64,000 nt of DNA, from NCBI RefSeq assembly GCF_021869535.1, contig NW_026262581.1, positions 109,988,001-110,052,000 of the forward strand, read 5' to 3'. The notes beneath the pieces are model-generated. The model had not been told where the DNA came from. It was given only the letters and a program-made list of their open reading frames with translations, and ran no database searches. Source of the stretch: Mytilus californianus (lineage: Eukaryota). Made by a program: the position numbers and the translations under genes. Below are positions 19,860-32,302 of the stretch, in pieces (position 1 is the stretch's first letter; the number at the start of each line of letters is the position of its first letter).

Positions 19860-20960
19860 TTCAGTAAATTGAAAGACAAATTGAAAGAATTGGTCCTGCT
19901 TTTTTTCATAAAAAAGAATGGCCATCGTAGATACAAGTATCTTGCCTTATGGAGGGATAAATTGTACTTTGTAAAATATCACTCTGATTCAAACAAGAAT
20001 TATCTGAAACTGACTTTATAAAGATGCTTGATTGACAACATTTTGTAACGTTTGGATGACGTGTTTTTCAACAAAAAATCGGTATTCCCATGAGAACCAA
20101 CTGTGCTCCTCTTCTTGTCGACTTGTTCCTTTATTCATATGAGAATGACTTTATACAGGAGCTTCTTAAGAAAAATGAAAAGAAGCTCGCATTATCCTTT
20201 GACTTCACGTTCCTCTATAAAGATGACGTCCTCTCACTAAATAATTCAAAGTTTGGTGACTATGTTGAACGCATCTATCCCATCGAACTTGAAATAAAGG
20301 ATACAGTTAAATCTGCTCATGTCTTGACTTGCATCTAGAAATTGACAATAACAAAACTTTTCGACAAAAGTGATGATTTCAGCTTCCCAATTGTGAACTT
20401 TCATTTTCATGTAGCAACATTCCAGCAGCGCCTGCAACTGGAGTATATATTTCTTAGTTAATATACGATATTGTAGAGCTTGTATTTCCTATCATGATTT
20501 CCTTGATAGAGGGTTGCTGCTAACAAGTAATTTATTAAACCAAGAGTTCCAAGTTGTGAAATTAAAGTCATCCCATCCAAGATTTTACGCGCGCCGTCAC
20601 GAGTTGGTTGACCATTATGGAATACCTGTTTCGACGACGGATTAATTCATATTGTCGTAACCATTATACTGCCCCCTTTTGCTCGAATGTGACCTACTGA
20701 ATTAGACTTCTCACCGGGTTTATACTTACATGAGCAAAACGACGGGTGCCACATGTGGAGCAGGATATGATTACCCTTCCGGAGCACATCAAATCACCCA
20801 GGGATTTTGGTGGGGTTCGTGTTGCTCACTCTTTAGTTTTCTATGTTGTGTTTTGTAAACTGTTTGTCTTTTGGTCGTTTTTCATATTTTGCCATGGCAT
20901 TGTAAGGTTTTTTTCGACTTATCAGTTTGAATATCCTTTTGGCGTCTTTCGCATTTCTTT
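19860..20960 (+). mobile_element. Degraded Penelope-like retroelement (RT C-terminal part plus tail), probably Naiad-type
   Basis: Frameshifted translation: KLKDKLKELV..FIKKNGHRRYKYL, GIPMRTNCAPLLVDLFLYSYE, FTFLYKDDVLSLNNSKFGDYVERIYPIELEIKDT, then SNIPAAP. RT motif with a decayed YxDD; no GIY-YIG follows the RT. Confidence 0.85.
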
Positions 20961-21091
20961 CCCAGATACAAATATTTGGTTTGGAAATTAATTTGGCTGT
21001 TCCGGTAGAAAACTTATTACAAACGGGATATCACATTCTTATTCTTACGGCGATGTTAATAAAGCCCATAAACTTAGATGCGATCCGTGTA

Positions 21092-21707
21092 AAAGAGAGG
21101 CGAAAGATACCAGAGGGACATTCAAACTCACAAGTCGAAAATAAACTGACAACGCCATGGCTAAAAAAGAAAAAAGACCAACAGACAAACAATAGTACAC
21201 AAAACACAACATAGAAAACTAAAGACTAAGCAACCCGAATCCCACCAAAAACTGGGGGTGGTCTCAGGTGCTCTGGAAGGGTAAGCAGATCCTCCTCCAC
21301 ATGTGGCACCCGTCGTGTTGCTCATGTTAGTACAAATCCGGTAATAAGTCTAATTTGGTAGGTCACATTCGGGAAAAGGGGACGAGATTGTATTTACGAC
21401 ATTTGGAACATATCCGCTATCATCTGTGAAACGGATATTTCATGACAGTCAACCAACTCGTGATGGCGGCCGTAAACCTTACGAAGGGACGATTTCAACT
21501 TCACCACTTGAAACTCTTGGTTTATAGCTTCCTTGTGAGCAGCAACCCTCTATCAAGGAAATCATGATAGGAAATATAAGCCCTGGAATATCGTATGCAG
21601 GCGCTGCTGGAATGTTGCTACATAAAAATGAAAAGTTCACAATTGGAAAGCTGAAATCATCTCTTTTGTCGTAAATTTTTGTTTTCAACCGACCCTCATT
21701 GTCATCT
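21092..21707 (-). mobile_element. Second copy of the same Penelope-like element end, inverted relative to 19860..20960
   Basis: Minus-strand ORF KTKIYDKRDDFSFPIVNFSFLCSNIPAAPAY; tail 'aagagaggcgaaagataccagagggacattcaaactc'. Confidence 0.85.
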
Positions 21708-22588
21708 CATTGTGTAAACTAATCGATCCTGTAAATAAACTTACTATCAAAGGTAACCAATTTAATACTGAAATAAATTTTTTTAATATTGTTTTTATCG
21801 GTACAAACAAAGTTGATTTTGTTATCAATGAATTAAAACGTATCTAATTATTATTGCTATACAGCTATTAATATTCCTGATCCTACATTCTGTCAATGCT
21901 TATATTTGGCATTACACAAAATCATGTTTACTCTGACTGTTTATGTCGTCTTAATACTAAATCCATAGGATTTGTACCGATTGATATTTTAGTTTTTGAT
22001 ACAAGATTTTTTGTATTTGTTGTTATTTGTCTTGGATTAGCTTTCTGTAACATCAAGTTCTCTTAAATCGGCATTTTGTGTCTTTTGTCTTTTTGTTTAT
22101 TTGTTTTTTGTGTGTTTTTTGTGTCGACATGACGAGTCAAGCCTTTCAACTGATTTTTATAGTCCCTTTTATGTCGTACTGTTACACCACTGTCCCAGGT
22201 CAAGGGAAGGTTGGGCGCCCACAAACACGTTTAACACCGCCACATTATGTAGATGCGTAACCCGTCAGGAGCCTGTAATTTAATGGTTGTCATTTTTTGT
22301 TTTGTACATAAATCAGGTTTTTTGGTTTTCTTATTTTTTATGTTGAACATTTGTCATCTCGGGGCCTTTTATAGCTTCTTTTATGGTGATTTTTACCATT
22401 GTTGAAGGCCGTACTGTGACCTATAGTTGCTTACTTCTACGTCATTTAGTATCTGGTGGAAAGTTGAATAGGCAATCATACCACATCTTCTTATTTTCAT
22501 GTTAACACTTATTAATAAATGAATTTCAGTATGAATCTCTTGCACATACAAAATAAACCCATTTTATTTACGGTAGTAGTCTTTCAAG

Positions 22589-23470
22589 TTACATCGCGAT
22601 GACCGTGAAGGCATTCCGGTGTATTGTTGCCAGAGAGATTTCCATTACGTAACTTTCGTGTTTGACTGGTAACCGATCTATAATCTATAAATACACTGAC
22701 ATCATCGAGTGCAAAATTACATTCCTTATCGCTTGTGATAAATTCATTTCTTCAATGAATACTCATAAAATAGAACATAAATTAATAATAAGAAAATGTT
22801 TTGTTATATATATATAAGTAAAAACTCATTAATATCTATGCACACGCACAGAAAAAATCATTTTTTCTGTGCGTGTGCATATATATTAATGATTTTTTAC
22901 TTAATATATATATATATATATAACAAAACATTTTCTTGTTAACGCGTGCGGAAGAATATCTCAAAAACGTTTGCAATCTCCCATGCAGAGTTATCGGTCC
23001 TTGCTCTCTCTCAAGAACCGATAACTCTGCATGGGAGATTGAACGTTTTGCGGGAAAATATGAATGCCTACTCAAATCCAATCTATAAGAAAAATCGAAT
23101 TATTACAGAAGAGTGTCCACCATGCACTTGCACTGCACTATCATTAATATAGTAGAACAGAATGATATACAAATGGATGAAAATTATATATACATGTAAC
23201 TGTAATATACAAATATTAATATAATATATAACAACAAACCAGCCGTATACTGATTTGTATCACTACAATATAATAGTTATTACGGTGAGGTTTAATTCCC
23301 TGTCATTTATTTATCATCCACGCGCGAACTTGTCTCAGAATTTTTTTTATATCTGTACATTAACCTCACTTTCAGGTATAGAGAGGTGATTTTTTTTCTG
23401 AGACAAGTGCTTGTGACCATCCACAAGAACTTGCGGTCATCCGATGTTCACTACTTCAGTACTTTGATTA
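22589..23470. repeat. ~880-bp inverted paralogue of 10695..11476 carrying two extra palindromes (22790..22937 and 22962..23050)
   Basis: Colinear reverse-complement similarity; palindromes read directly. Confidence 0.9.
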
Positions 23471-23599
23471 AGTTTATTAGTGGGAACGAAATTGTATTAA
23501 CACTTTTACTTCAAAATTTACGAATAACAGAAGGATTTTACCGTACACAGTATCAGTAAATCAAACGCGTATTAAACTAAAAGTTTTTACAATTTTATT

Positions 23600-23742
23600 T
23601 AGGGGCCAGCTGAGGACCACCTCCGGGTGCGAGATTTTCTCGCTGCGTTGAAGACCCATTGGTGGTATTCGGCTGTTATCTGCTCTTTGGTCGGGTTGTT
23701 GTCTCTTTGACATATTCCCCATTTCCATTCTCAATTTTATTT
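23600..23742. repeat. Terminal fragment of the repeat family at 41163..41792 (inverted)
   Basis: 'ggtcgggttgttgtctctttgacatattccccatttccattctcaattttattt' is the reverse complement of the 41163 start. Confidence 0.8.
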
Positions 23743-24462
23743 AGGGCAATAATAATAAACCAAAAGTTATAATTCGACGCGCATGCAGACAACACGCTGT
23801 CAAAAGTAAAACAAGTTTACAAAACATAAGACTGAAAACTGTAGAGAGGAGCAACACTAACTCTAAGGTAAGGGACAGGTGGTTGGAGGTGGAATAACAT
23901 TTATAAAACGATGGACTATGTAGTAGATTTTGAAATACTTGTTAAAGTTCTAAAAATAAAATCTGCACCACCGAACAGCTTTTTCTTTTAAAAAGTCAAT
24001 TCACTTCACTGCTTATATAGTTTCCTTAAACAATGGTATCCTTTGGACAATGATATTCTGAAAAGATCCCACAATTAATCTAATTAAATGGTTGTATCCA
24101 TTCTTTTCAATTAAATCGCACCTACGAAGGAGTTTAAAAAGAGACACACGAAGCTTTAGAAAACAATAATGCATACAATCAAACAAAACTTTATTGTACT
24201 ATTCGAACAATTCTAAAAAGTAACACTTTTAAACTTTGCAAAATATGCTTTCGATTACAATGAATAAATTGGTGAGATTTATGAGTATATCTATATATAA
24301 TTGATTCAGTGGTGTTTAATTATGTACCCTTAATAATCTGTGTGTAGAAAATTAAACCGCATACATTGTCTTTATAAAAATGTTGATAATACCACATGAC
24401 AAAATTAATTGTAAATAGTTACTTAAATCATTACTGCTATTTCTTTTTGTGTGTGTTGAAAT

Positions 24463-27400
24463 TTATGCAAACAATTTTCTTTTATGGAGACGAGGTTGTT
24501 GCTTTCGAATCATCTCCATTTCATCCAAAAGCTGTCGCTCTCTTTCTCTTAGTTTTCTGGTTTCATCATCTCCAACATTTTTAGCTGACCTCAGTTGACC
24601 CAATTGGCCTTTCACCCTGTCAAGTTCTTTTCGAAGTCGCTCTACATCAGCTTGTAGTGTACTCTCCAGCTCTAGTCGTTTTTTCTCTTCTTCAGACAAA
24701 CGGTCCTTCTCGTGCTTTAAATCATCTGTGGTCTTTCTTAGTTTCATTTTTAAATTACTGATGTCTGCTTCCATTCTTTTAAGTTCTTTTTCTTTTGTTT
24801 CAACAGAATCAGGTCTACTTTTGACAACTCGTTCCTTATCGAGTTTGGCTTGAAGAATTTTCTTTTCAAGACGGAGTTGTTTGAGTTCCCGTTCTCTCTT
24901 GTTCAGTTCTTCTTGCAGTTCTCTAACCTTTGTCATTTTGTTTTCAAATGCTTGTTCTGCTGCTTTTACTGCCATTTTTTCAAATTCAGGTTTTAACTGT
25001 TCAATCGCCATCTTGACCATCTGTTTTGTAAATGTTCCAACAATTCTGTAAAACACAATATTTTTACATTGTCAAATAACATTTGGCCCTTTTTTGATAG
25101 AAAGCATTTGACTACCTGTAATAGCATGTATAACGTATTCGAATACTTTTAAAATGTATTTAGTTATTGTCATGTTGTTCATTTGGAAATAAAACGTTGG
25201 TGATCATTTTATATTAACATCATCAAGGATTTTTCTTTAAGAATTTTGTTAGGTCCAAAATGCCGCGAGACTAATCCATTTTGAAACGACAAAAATCCGT
25301 TGAGATTCGTGTGTAGATTATACGTTCTATTGGGAAAACGTGAAACAGAAAAAAAAAAACATTTCTCTCACCTAAACAAATCCAAGAAAAACCAAAACGA
25401 CGATTATTTGCAGAAATTTCTATAGGCAATCATGATTTCTGTGTTCTAAATTCCATTGGAGTTTAAACCAAATTTGAAGAACTTGATATATATATTCACT
25501 CTACTGGATACCAAAGTTTCATACGACTACATGTCATTACAAACAACGTTATATTGGTTGACCTCACAATTTTTCCACAAGACTTCTTTCCATACTACAG
25601 ACATCGGATCTACTAGCTATTAAAACAGTGGCTTAATATTTACATTGCAACTATATACTGTGAGGGTAATGTAAATCAGACGATTCTAACGAATCGTAGA
25701 AGTATATATAATTAAGGTCCATTTCGCATGCAATAACTCCAATAAATGTTTTATCTCTCTATTATATATGGTATATTACTCATTTAACTCTTACAGACAT
25801 ATTAAACGGAATTTTTAATGAAAAGGCAATTGGAGGTAACATATCGTTCTTTAAGAAAGGAAAAATATTGCTACTTAGTACGTTAAAAAAATGTTCTCTG
25901 AAAAGATAATCACAAAACTGCTTGATTTTCTGATCAACATAAATGTGGGTGTGCCAGTTTGCCGAAGACAGCAACACCTGTATGTGGATTTGGTAAAATA
26001 TACCATGCCTTATTTCATGTTTTATGCAACTTATTTTAAAATTTCAATCTTTATTCTTACGGAGAATTTAGCACATTTTGTATCGTATTGTTGTTTGAGA
26101 GTTGCTGCTTACCATGAAGCTATGAACCTCAGTACTTACTTCAAGGTTACATCTGTATTCTTTCCATGTCTTTGTATATATTCATTACATTTTTTTTTCT
26201 TGTAAATTCAAGGACGATCATTAATTTTGATATTACGAAAACTAAAGCTGCAGTCCCGCAGGCAAAGTTGATCTTTTAACGGTTTCGTATTTTGTTGAAA
26301 GGATATATATATACATTTTGTTTTATCCGTGTGTTTATCCAGATTACTTTGTATGCTGATTTATCATTTAACTTTTAGCTTTTATCATATTTATGATTAC
26401 ACCTTGCTATCTCATTATTATTTTTTGAAAGGATACAGTTGCACAGTGCTATGACGTCTGCGGGCTATCTATGATGAGTTTTTACATCCTCTGGGTCGAT
26501 GCCACTTTTAGTGTGTATTTTGTTCCCGAGGGTATCACCAACCCAGTAGTCAGCACTTGCGTTGACATGAAAGATAATTGATATGATAATTTTTCTGTAA
26601 ATTTACAGTTTAAAATGTTGAATTATATAAAAACTTCTGTGGACCAAGGTATAGATTGTCGTAGCCATATTTGGCACTTTTCAGAATTTTCGGTTTATAA
26701 TGCTCTTCAACTTTGTATTTGATTTGACCTTTAAAAACTCACTATTATACCGTACTCTTAATAATATTTAGTAGAATACAATAGGGAAAATTTTTATTTA
26801 ATAGATTTTTATAATATTTCTTTGTGATATTCAAAATTAAGAGGTAAAAAAGTGGCAATGCCATACCTTCTACTTTTCATTGATTATGAATTACCGATGC
26901 TTGAACAGAGACTAATCTGACTAAAAAAATACCGAACTCCAAGGCAAATTCATTAAGGAAAAGTCCATTAAAACCTGACAAAATCAAACGCTATCGATCA
27001 ACGGAACAAGTGAAAAACAACTGCCATACTCATGACATTTTCCGAAGAAAATTATGTGTTAAACCTGGTTTTATAGCTAACTAAACCTCCGTTGTATGAC
27101 AGTTGTTTTAGTTCCATATTGACAAAATTGTGTGAGCAACCCAAACAGACATAATAGGTAATGTTTAAGTTCCAATTGAAGGTTTGGCTATTATTTTTAT
27201 GTCTCTTTATGTAAAACATATCATCAAGTATTTATACATCTCTTGCTTTTAAATTTTAGATTTGAGCGTTCGTAATGATTGTAAATCAAGGAGAGCATTT
27301 CAGATGCACAGGGTGGTGAGTTACCCCAGTTACCCATATGTGCATCTATGACTACTGCATCATGCAAAGTTGGCCGTGGATGAATTTGCCTATTTTGTTC

Positions 27401-30400
27401 CTTTTGGTCATATAGTTTCTGACATGGGTACGTATTTTTGTATCCTCGGCTCTCAAATGTTTAGGTTTGAGCTTTCCCGATGAAGATAAATCTGGAAAAG
27501 TGCTTCGGACGCATGAATTTTATAGCGTAATTTTTAATTTCTAGCACTGGATCGATACCATTGTTAGTGGTCTGCTTGTCTCCGGAGGATATCATCAGCC
27601 CAATCGTCAGAGTTTTGCCATTGACATTGTTTATAGCATACATGTCTGAAATTTTTCGTTGATAAATTAAATTCTAATTATAAACTAAGGTACCAACTCG
27701 CTCTGGCAAAGTAAGATGGATTTTGGTTATTCTTTTTATGTCACTTTTGTCATATACAGTAGTTCGTCAGATGTTTATACATCCCTTGCTTTATTTTTTT
27801 TTTATTTGAGCATTCATCTTTAAGGTTTATCCATAAAAACGCTTTGGATGTTCCATATTTATAAAGTGTTTGTTCGCATTTTCAACAGTACACTAGTATA
27901 GATACACACAAAAGAGTTCACACATTATCAATTTGTTCAATATATCCTAATTAATATCCCAAACTGGTTACATTTCCTTAAATTATCGATCAACGTTCTA
28001 TTTTTGTATGGTGGAAATTAGAGAACTTTGATCAAAGCAAACCAATTTTCCATCGCGGATTGAGTGGACATACCCGATACTCCTTCTGAATTCCTGAAAC
28101 TCTTTACCTTCTTCTTCTGTCATAAATTCAAGAGCATTAGTAACATGATCTAAAACATAAAAATATATTTCAGTTGATATATTGCTTTTAAAATAGCAGT
28201 CAATAATAACTGACTGTAAAGATGTCTTGAGCATTTTGAAGAAGAAAAAAACTTTGTGTTCCATCCATTTAGACTTTTTCAGGCGTGTATTACGTTGAAT
28301 ACCAAATGTACGTATATATTCATGTTCTCAATTCCTTAGACATTTTTTTCTAAAGTAGAACGAGCATCGTGGTGCTGGACCACAATATTGAGGACATCAA
28401 GTCTAAACCTCCTGGTTGCACCTTTGCTAGTTTTCCTATAATCCATGACTGGCCATGATATCCATGGTGACCTGAAAATTATCTACAACACCTCTCTGCA
28501 GAATGTGTACCAATGGACCGAACTACCCACATCCATTAATTGGAAACACAACTTTATATACTAATGAAATCAAACAACGAGGATCATGCCAGGCAATGGA
28601 CTAAACGCGAAAAAGGTGACGTAGATAATTTTTCTGAAAGGGTTAAGGCTGTAAGGTGGTTGATACAAATTAGAATTTAAAAAAAAGGAATGGGTCCATG
28701 CATGAGCACTCATGCTAAATCTATTTGCAAAGACCCTAATGTTGGTAGGCACCTGTCCTACCTCTTTAACAAATATGTTGTTTTCCCCTCCGATAAATTA
28801 TGGCATAGTAGTTTAACGATGTCCAAGTCTCATAAATCGATTAAAAAGACAAATCAAAGTAACAAACAAAAACTGAGGAAATCGCATGAACTCCAAAAGG
28901 AGCGAGATCGGGTGTGTCGAGAGGACCCGAAAACATCGTTATTAACATTACATTTACTGCTTGATAAAGGAATTAGATATTGACAATTCACTTGGAAACT
29001 CAACAAATACTGTCATGATACTTAAAAAAGAGGAAATCCTGAATAATCATAGACTGTTTAATTTTCCTTTGGAATTTCAACAAATGATGAAGAACTGGAT
29101 TTTGCTTCACGAAACTTCTTTCAAAATTTAACATCTATTGCATCAGCAATAAATGTCGCGCTTCAGAGTTAATATAAAACTACCTACTTTAGGGGCAGCG
29201 TAAATTAAATGTTGATACTAAGATCCAAAGATATGTTAGAGTACGTACAATTTAAGTCCCTTTCTTCTCTACCCTTAACACTAGTATTCCTGATTCTAAC
29301 CTTAAAGACAGATAAAGAATTAGTCCAGCTTTCGTTCAATAAAAAGAATGGCAAACGTATATACACTAATCTGGTTGTAAGAAGGGATGAATTGTATTCT
29401 ATAAATAAAACACACTCTGATTTAAACAAAAAGACAAAATTTTCATTGAAACTGACATCATCAAGGTGTTTTTTTTTATTGACAACGTATTTGTTACGTG
29501 TTTTTCAACAAACAATCGGCACCCCTGTGGGAGCAAACGTGCTGCTCTTCTTATCGACTTATTATTTTTTTTTCATTTGAGGAAGATTTCATACAGAGCT
29601 TCTCAGGAAGAATGAAAAAAAAGCTAGCATTATCCTTTAATCTCACGTTCCGCTATGTAGATAATGTACACTCACTGAATATTTCAAATTCTGTTGACTA
29701 TGTCGAACGCATCTATCCCAGTTAACGTGAAAAAAGTACATGTATACTACAGATACAGTTTAGTCTGCCCCAATACTGACTTGCATCTAGAAATTAACAC
29801 TGAAGTTAGGTCGAGAACAAAACTTTACTTCAAACGGGATGATTTCAGTTTCCCCAATTGTAAACTTTCTATTTCTATAGCAACATTCGAGAAGCATCTG
29901 TATATGAAGTATAAATTTCCCAGTAATACAATATTCTAAAGCTTGCTTTTCTTATCATAATTTCCTTGATAGAGGGTTGCTGCTTTCATGTTTTTTTGGG
30001 GTTTTTTTCATTTTAACATGCCCATTTTTTTACATTTTGTTGTTTAACAGTAAATTTAAAAATATAGTTTTATATGCAAGATATTTAAAATTAGATTTTT
30101 ATGAATATTAATATCTCTTTTCATAATTTGCTAAATTTTTATCATGGGCTTTCCTATTCTATTAAATACTTATATATGTAAATTGAATTATGTTTCAAAG
30201 AGCTTAGAGTAATTTTCATATTATATAATGCGCTGTTAAAATACTGCATAATAATAATAAAGGTAAGCGATTAAACCTGGTTATATGACCGTTGGGAGTC
30301 TTCGGATGTCATCTCGAAGGTTAATACTCACGAAATGCTGACACATTTTATAGAGTCCATGTATTGTTGATTGTTTATTTTAGACTTTCTGTAATTTGAA

Positions 30401-31308
30401 TATACGTTTTAGTATGTTATAAATCAAAAATGAGAATTTGAGTCAAACCCGTGAACATGAATTTTACGGCTGATGTCCCTTTAAGCTTTTATCGGCTCCG
30501 GTCCTAGAAATAAGAGACAGAAGATACCAAAGGGACAATAAAAAATCGAAGGGATTGTAGTAACTACATTTGGAACATATCCGTTGTCATCTGTGACACT
30601 GCAGATACTACATAACATTCAACCAATTAATAATCACATTCAACTTACTTAAAGACTCAATATTGATCGTAATATTTCTTTGTAAAACTATTTGTAAAAA
30701 GTGAGAATATCGGTCAGACATTTTTTTTACAACTACAGTTTTTAAATATGTTCATGTAGTAGCGCAATCTTACATTTATAGATCCGATGATATGATATTA
30801 AAAGTATTTATAAAGTACCAATTATTTTTGTTCAGATCGGTTATTTTTCCATTATGAAGTCATAATTTCACTCTAAAGCGTGTTTCGCAATATATTCAAA
30901 TGCTTTTTGGGTTTGACAACATTTAAGAATATGGATTGTTGTTTTAAATCCACACTGAAAAGACGATATTTTGAATTTATTTAACGTTTACGTATATATG
31001 AAAGGTTCAAATGTACCGGTAAAAATTGTCCGAAAACCTGCAATAATAGTAAATTACGTATGGTAATTCTATAGATTCAGAATTTTTCGAGGTCATATCA
31101 GTATAAACGGATAATGACATTGGTGTGTAATTTGAAGATTTATCGTTGAAGAGTATCTAAAAATCTGTAGTTAATTAAATGATTTTCAGAAATGGTAAAA
31201 GAAATATTGAAGTTTAACATGAAAACATGAAAGATAATATTTTCTTCAAAACAACTTACGAGAAGTTCCATTGCTCATTGTATCGTCATCTGAATTACAT
31301 GCTGCCAT
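24463..31308 (-). CDS. Gene B: uncharacterised coiled-coil protein, ~235 aa; complement(join(24463..25045,28074..28149,31260..31308))
   Basis: MAACNSDDDTMSNGTS|HHVTNALEFMTEEEGKEFQEFRRSI|GIVGTFTKQMVK...HKRKLFA*. GTAAGT and GTATGT donors, pyrimidine-rich AG acceptors, phases 1 and 2 consistent. Long K/E/R-rich heptad region. An acceptor 2 nt before the ATG implies a further upstream exon (possible donor near 33127). Confidence 0.8.
26450..26740 (+). mobile_element. Degenerate retrozyme-like repeat body (hammerhead not retained)
   Basis: 'ctgggtcgatgccac...cccgagggtatcaccaacccagtagtcagcactt' is similar to 27545-27620 within the hammerhead-bounded monomer. Confidence 0.45.
27266..27851 (+). ncRNA. 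Array of three decayed minimal hammerhead motifs (27266..27307, 27471..27512, 27810..27851)
   Basis: Best copy is GCTTTC-CCGATGA-AGATAAATCT-G-GAAA-AGTGCT-TC-GGACGC. All three share an upstream 'atcc.t.gct.t.aaa..ttt.g.tttgagc' context with the 7331 copy. Confidence 0.55.
28300..29990 (+). mobile_element. Heavily degraded Penelope-like retroelement (pre-RT region plus RT), antisense in gene B intron
   Basis: Fragments MSTHAKSICKDPNVGRHLSYLFNKYVVFPSDK, SKDMLEYVQFKSLSS..KELVQLSFNKKNGKRIY, VFQQTIGTPVGAN, LSFNLTFRYVDNVHSLN and KLYFKRDDFSF; colinear with the 19860 copy. Confidence 0.8.
30511..30627 (-). mobile_element. Short Penelope-like tail fragment
   Basis: 'aagataccaaagggaca...gggattgtagt.actacatttggaacatatccg' matches the 21092-21450 copy with an internal deletion. 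Confidence 0.55.
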
Positions 31309-32302
31309 TCCTGTCAATATAAAACAAAAGATAAATATGAACCAGTTATCTGTTAGCCAAAAAATTAGGTTAAATTTTTAGTTTAAAAGGTCGAAGTTTG
31401 GCGGATTGCAAGTTTAATCCATTTTATTTTGGACGCACGGTTATAGACTTCCATTTAATCTAAAGATAAATAGTTATAAGGCGACACATACCGTGAAAGG
31501 CTTCAGAATGAATGTTGTACTTTAAATTTTGAATCCATTATTATGTATTATATAAGTTTTTTTTTATCTCACACAAAATTCTTTCTAAAACAGAAATGGT
31601 AGAACAGATGTGATCAATAAAAATATGTTATTGTAAAAACTTATTGGGTATACTGATCGTTGTTTGTGTTTTTGTTGAACTGATTGTACTGTCTGCCTAT
31701 TCCGTAAAGGGTTGTAGCTTTAGTATATAAGGTATATAGATCGTAACCCTTGTTTGTGAAAGTGGCATATAAGCAAAATACTAAAAACCCTGCTCCTTCG
31801 ATACATATATTTATTTTTCGGTATTTCATGAGAGTGTTGTCTCATTCATACATCCCAATATTCCTTCTTCTGTAATTCATAAACCAAAACTAAAATATGG
31901 CAAACAAAACTTATATACTTTTAACTTACTTCGTATTCTAGACATAGTATATTTCTTTGTTTTAGTTCAAAATTTACAGTGCATAAATCTTATAACATGC
32001 AAACAATTTTATATGGATGTAATTTGCATTACACAAAACAACTTGATACTTAAAATCAACACAAAAATGGCACTTGATTGCCATTAGATTTATTACTATA
32101 AACTTATCTCAATGGTTGTTCTCGAGTATATATAAATATTCCGTTGCTAGAAAATTTCGTCTCGTAGGTTTAAAAAGCATTCAAAATTTGGAAGGTAACA
32201 CATTTCGAGTTAACCTGCAATCAGGATTTTCTAAAGAGGAAAAAAATCGTTTACTTTGTTTTCATGTATATCCAAACATAGATACGGGCGGCACATCGTT
32301 GA

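Noticed and set aside
20057-20059. In-frame TGA in the PLE RT as selenocysteine (some Naiads are selenoproteins)
   Set aside because: The copy is full of frameshifts, the codon appears to replace Gly (GGA to TGA), and no SECIS was identified.
27998-28264. 88-aa stand-alone ORF
   Set aside because: Only 28074..28149 is exonic (gene B); the rest is intron read-through.
11756-31308. Genes A and B as tandem paralogues
   Set aside because: No sequence or exon-structure similarity beyond generic coiled-coil composition.
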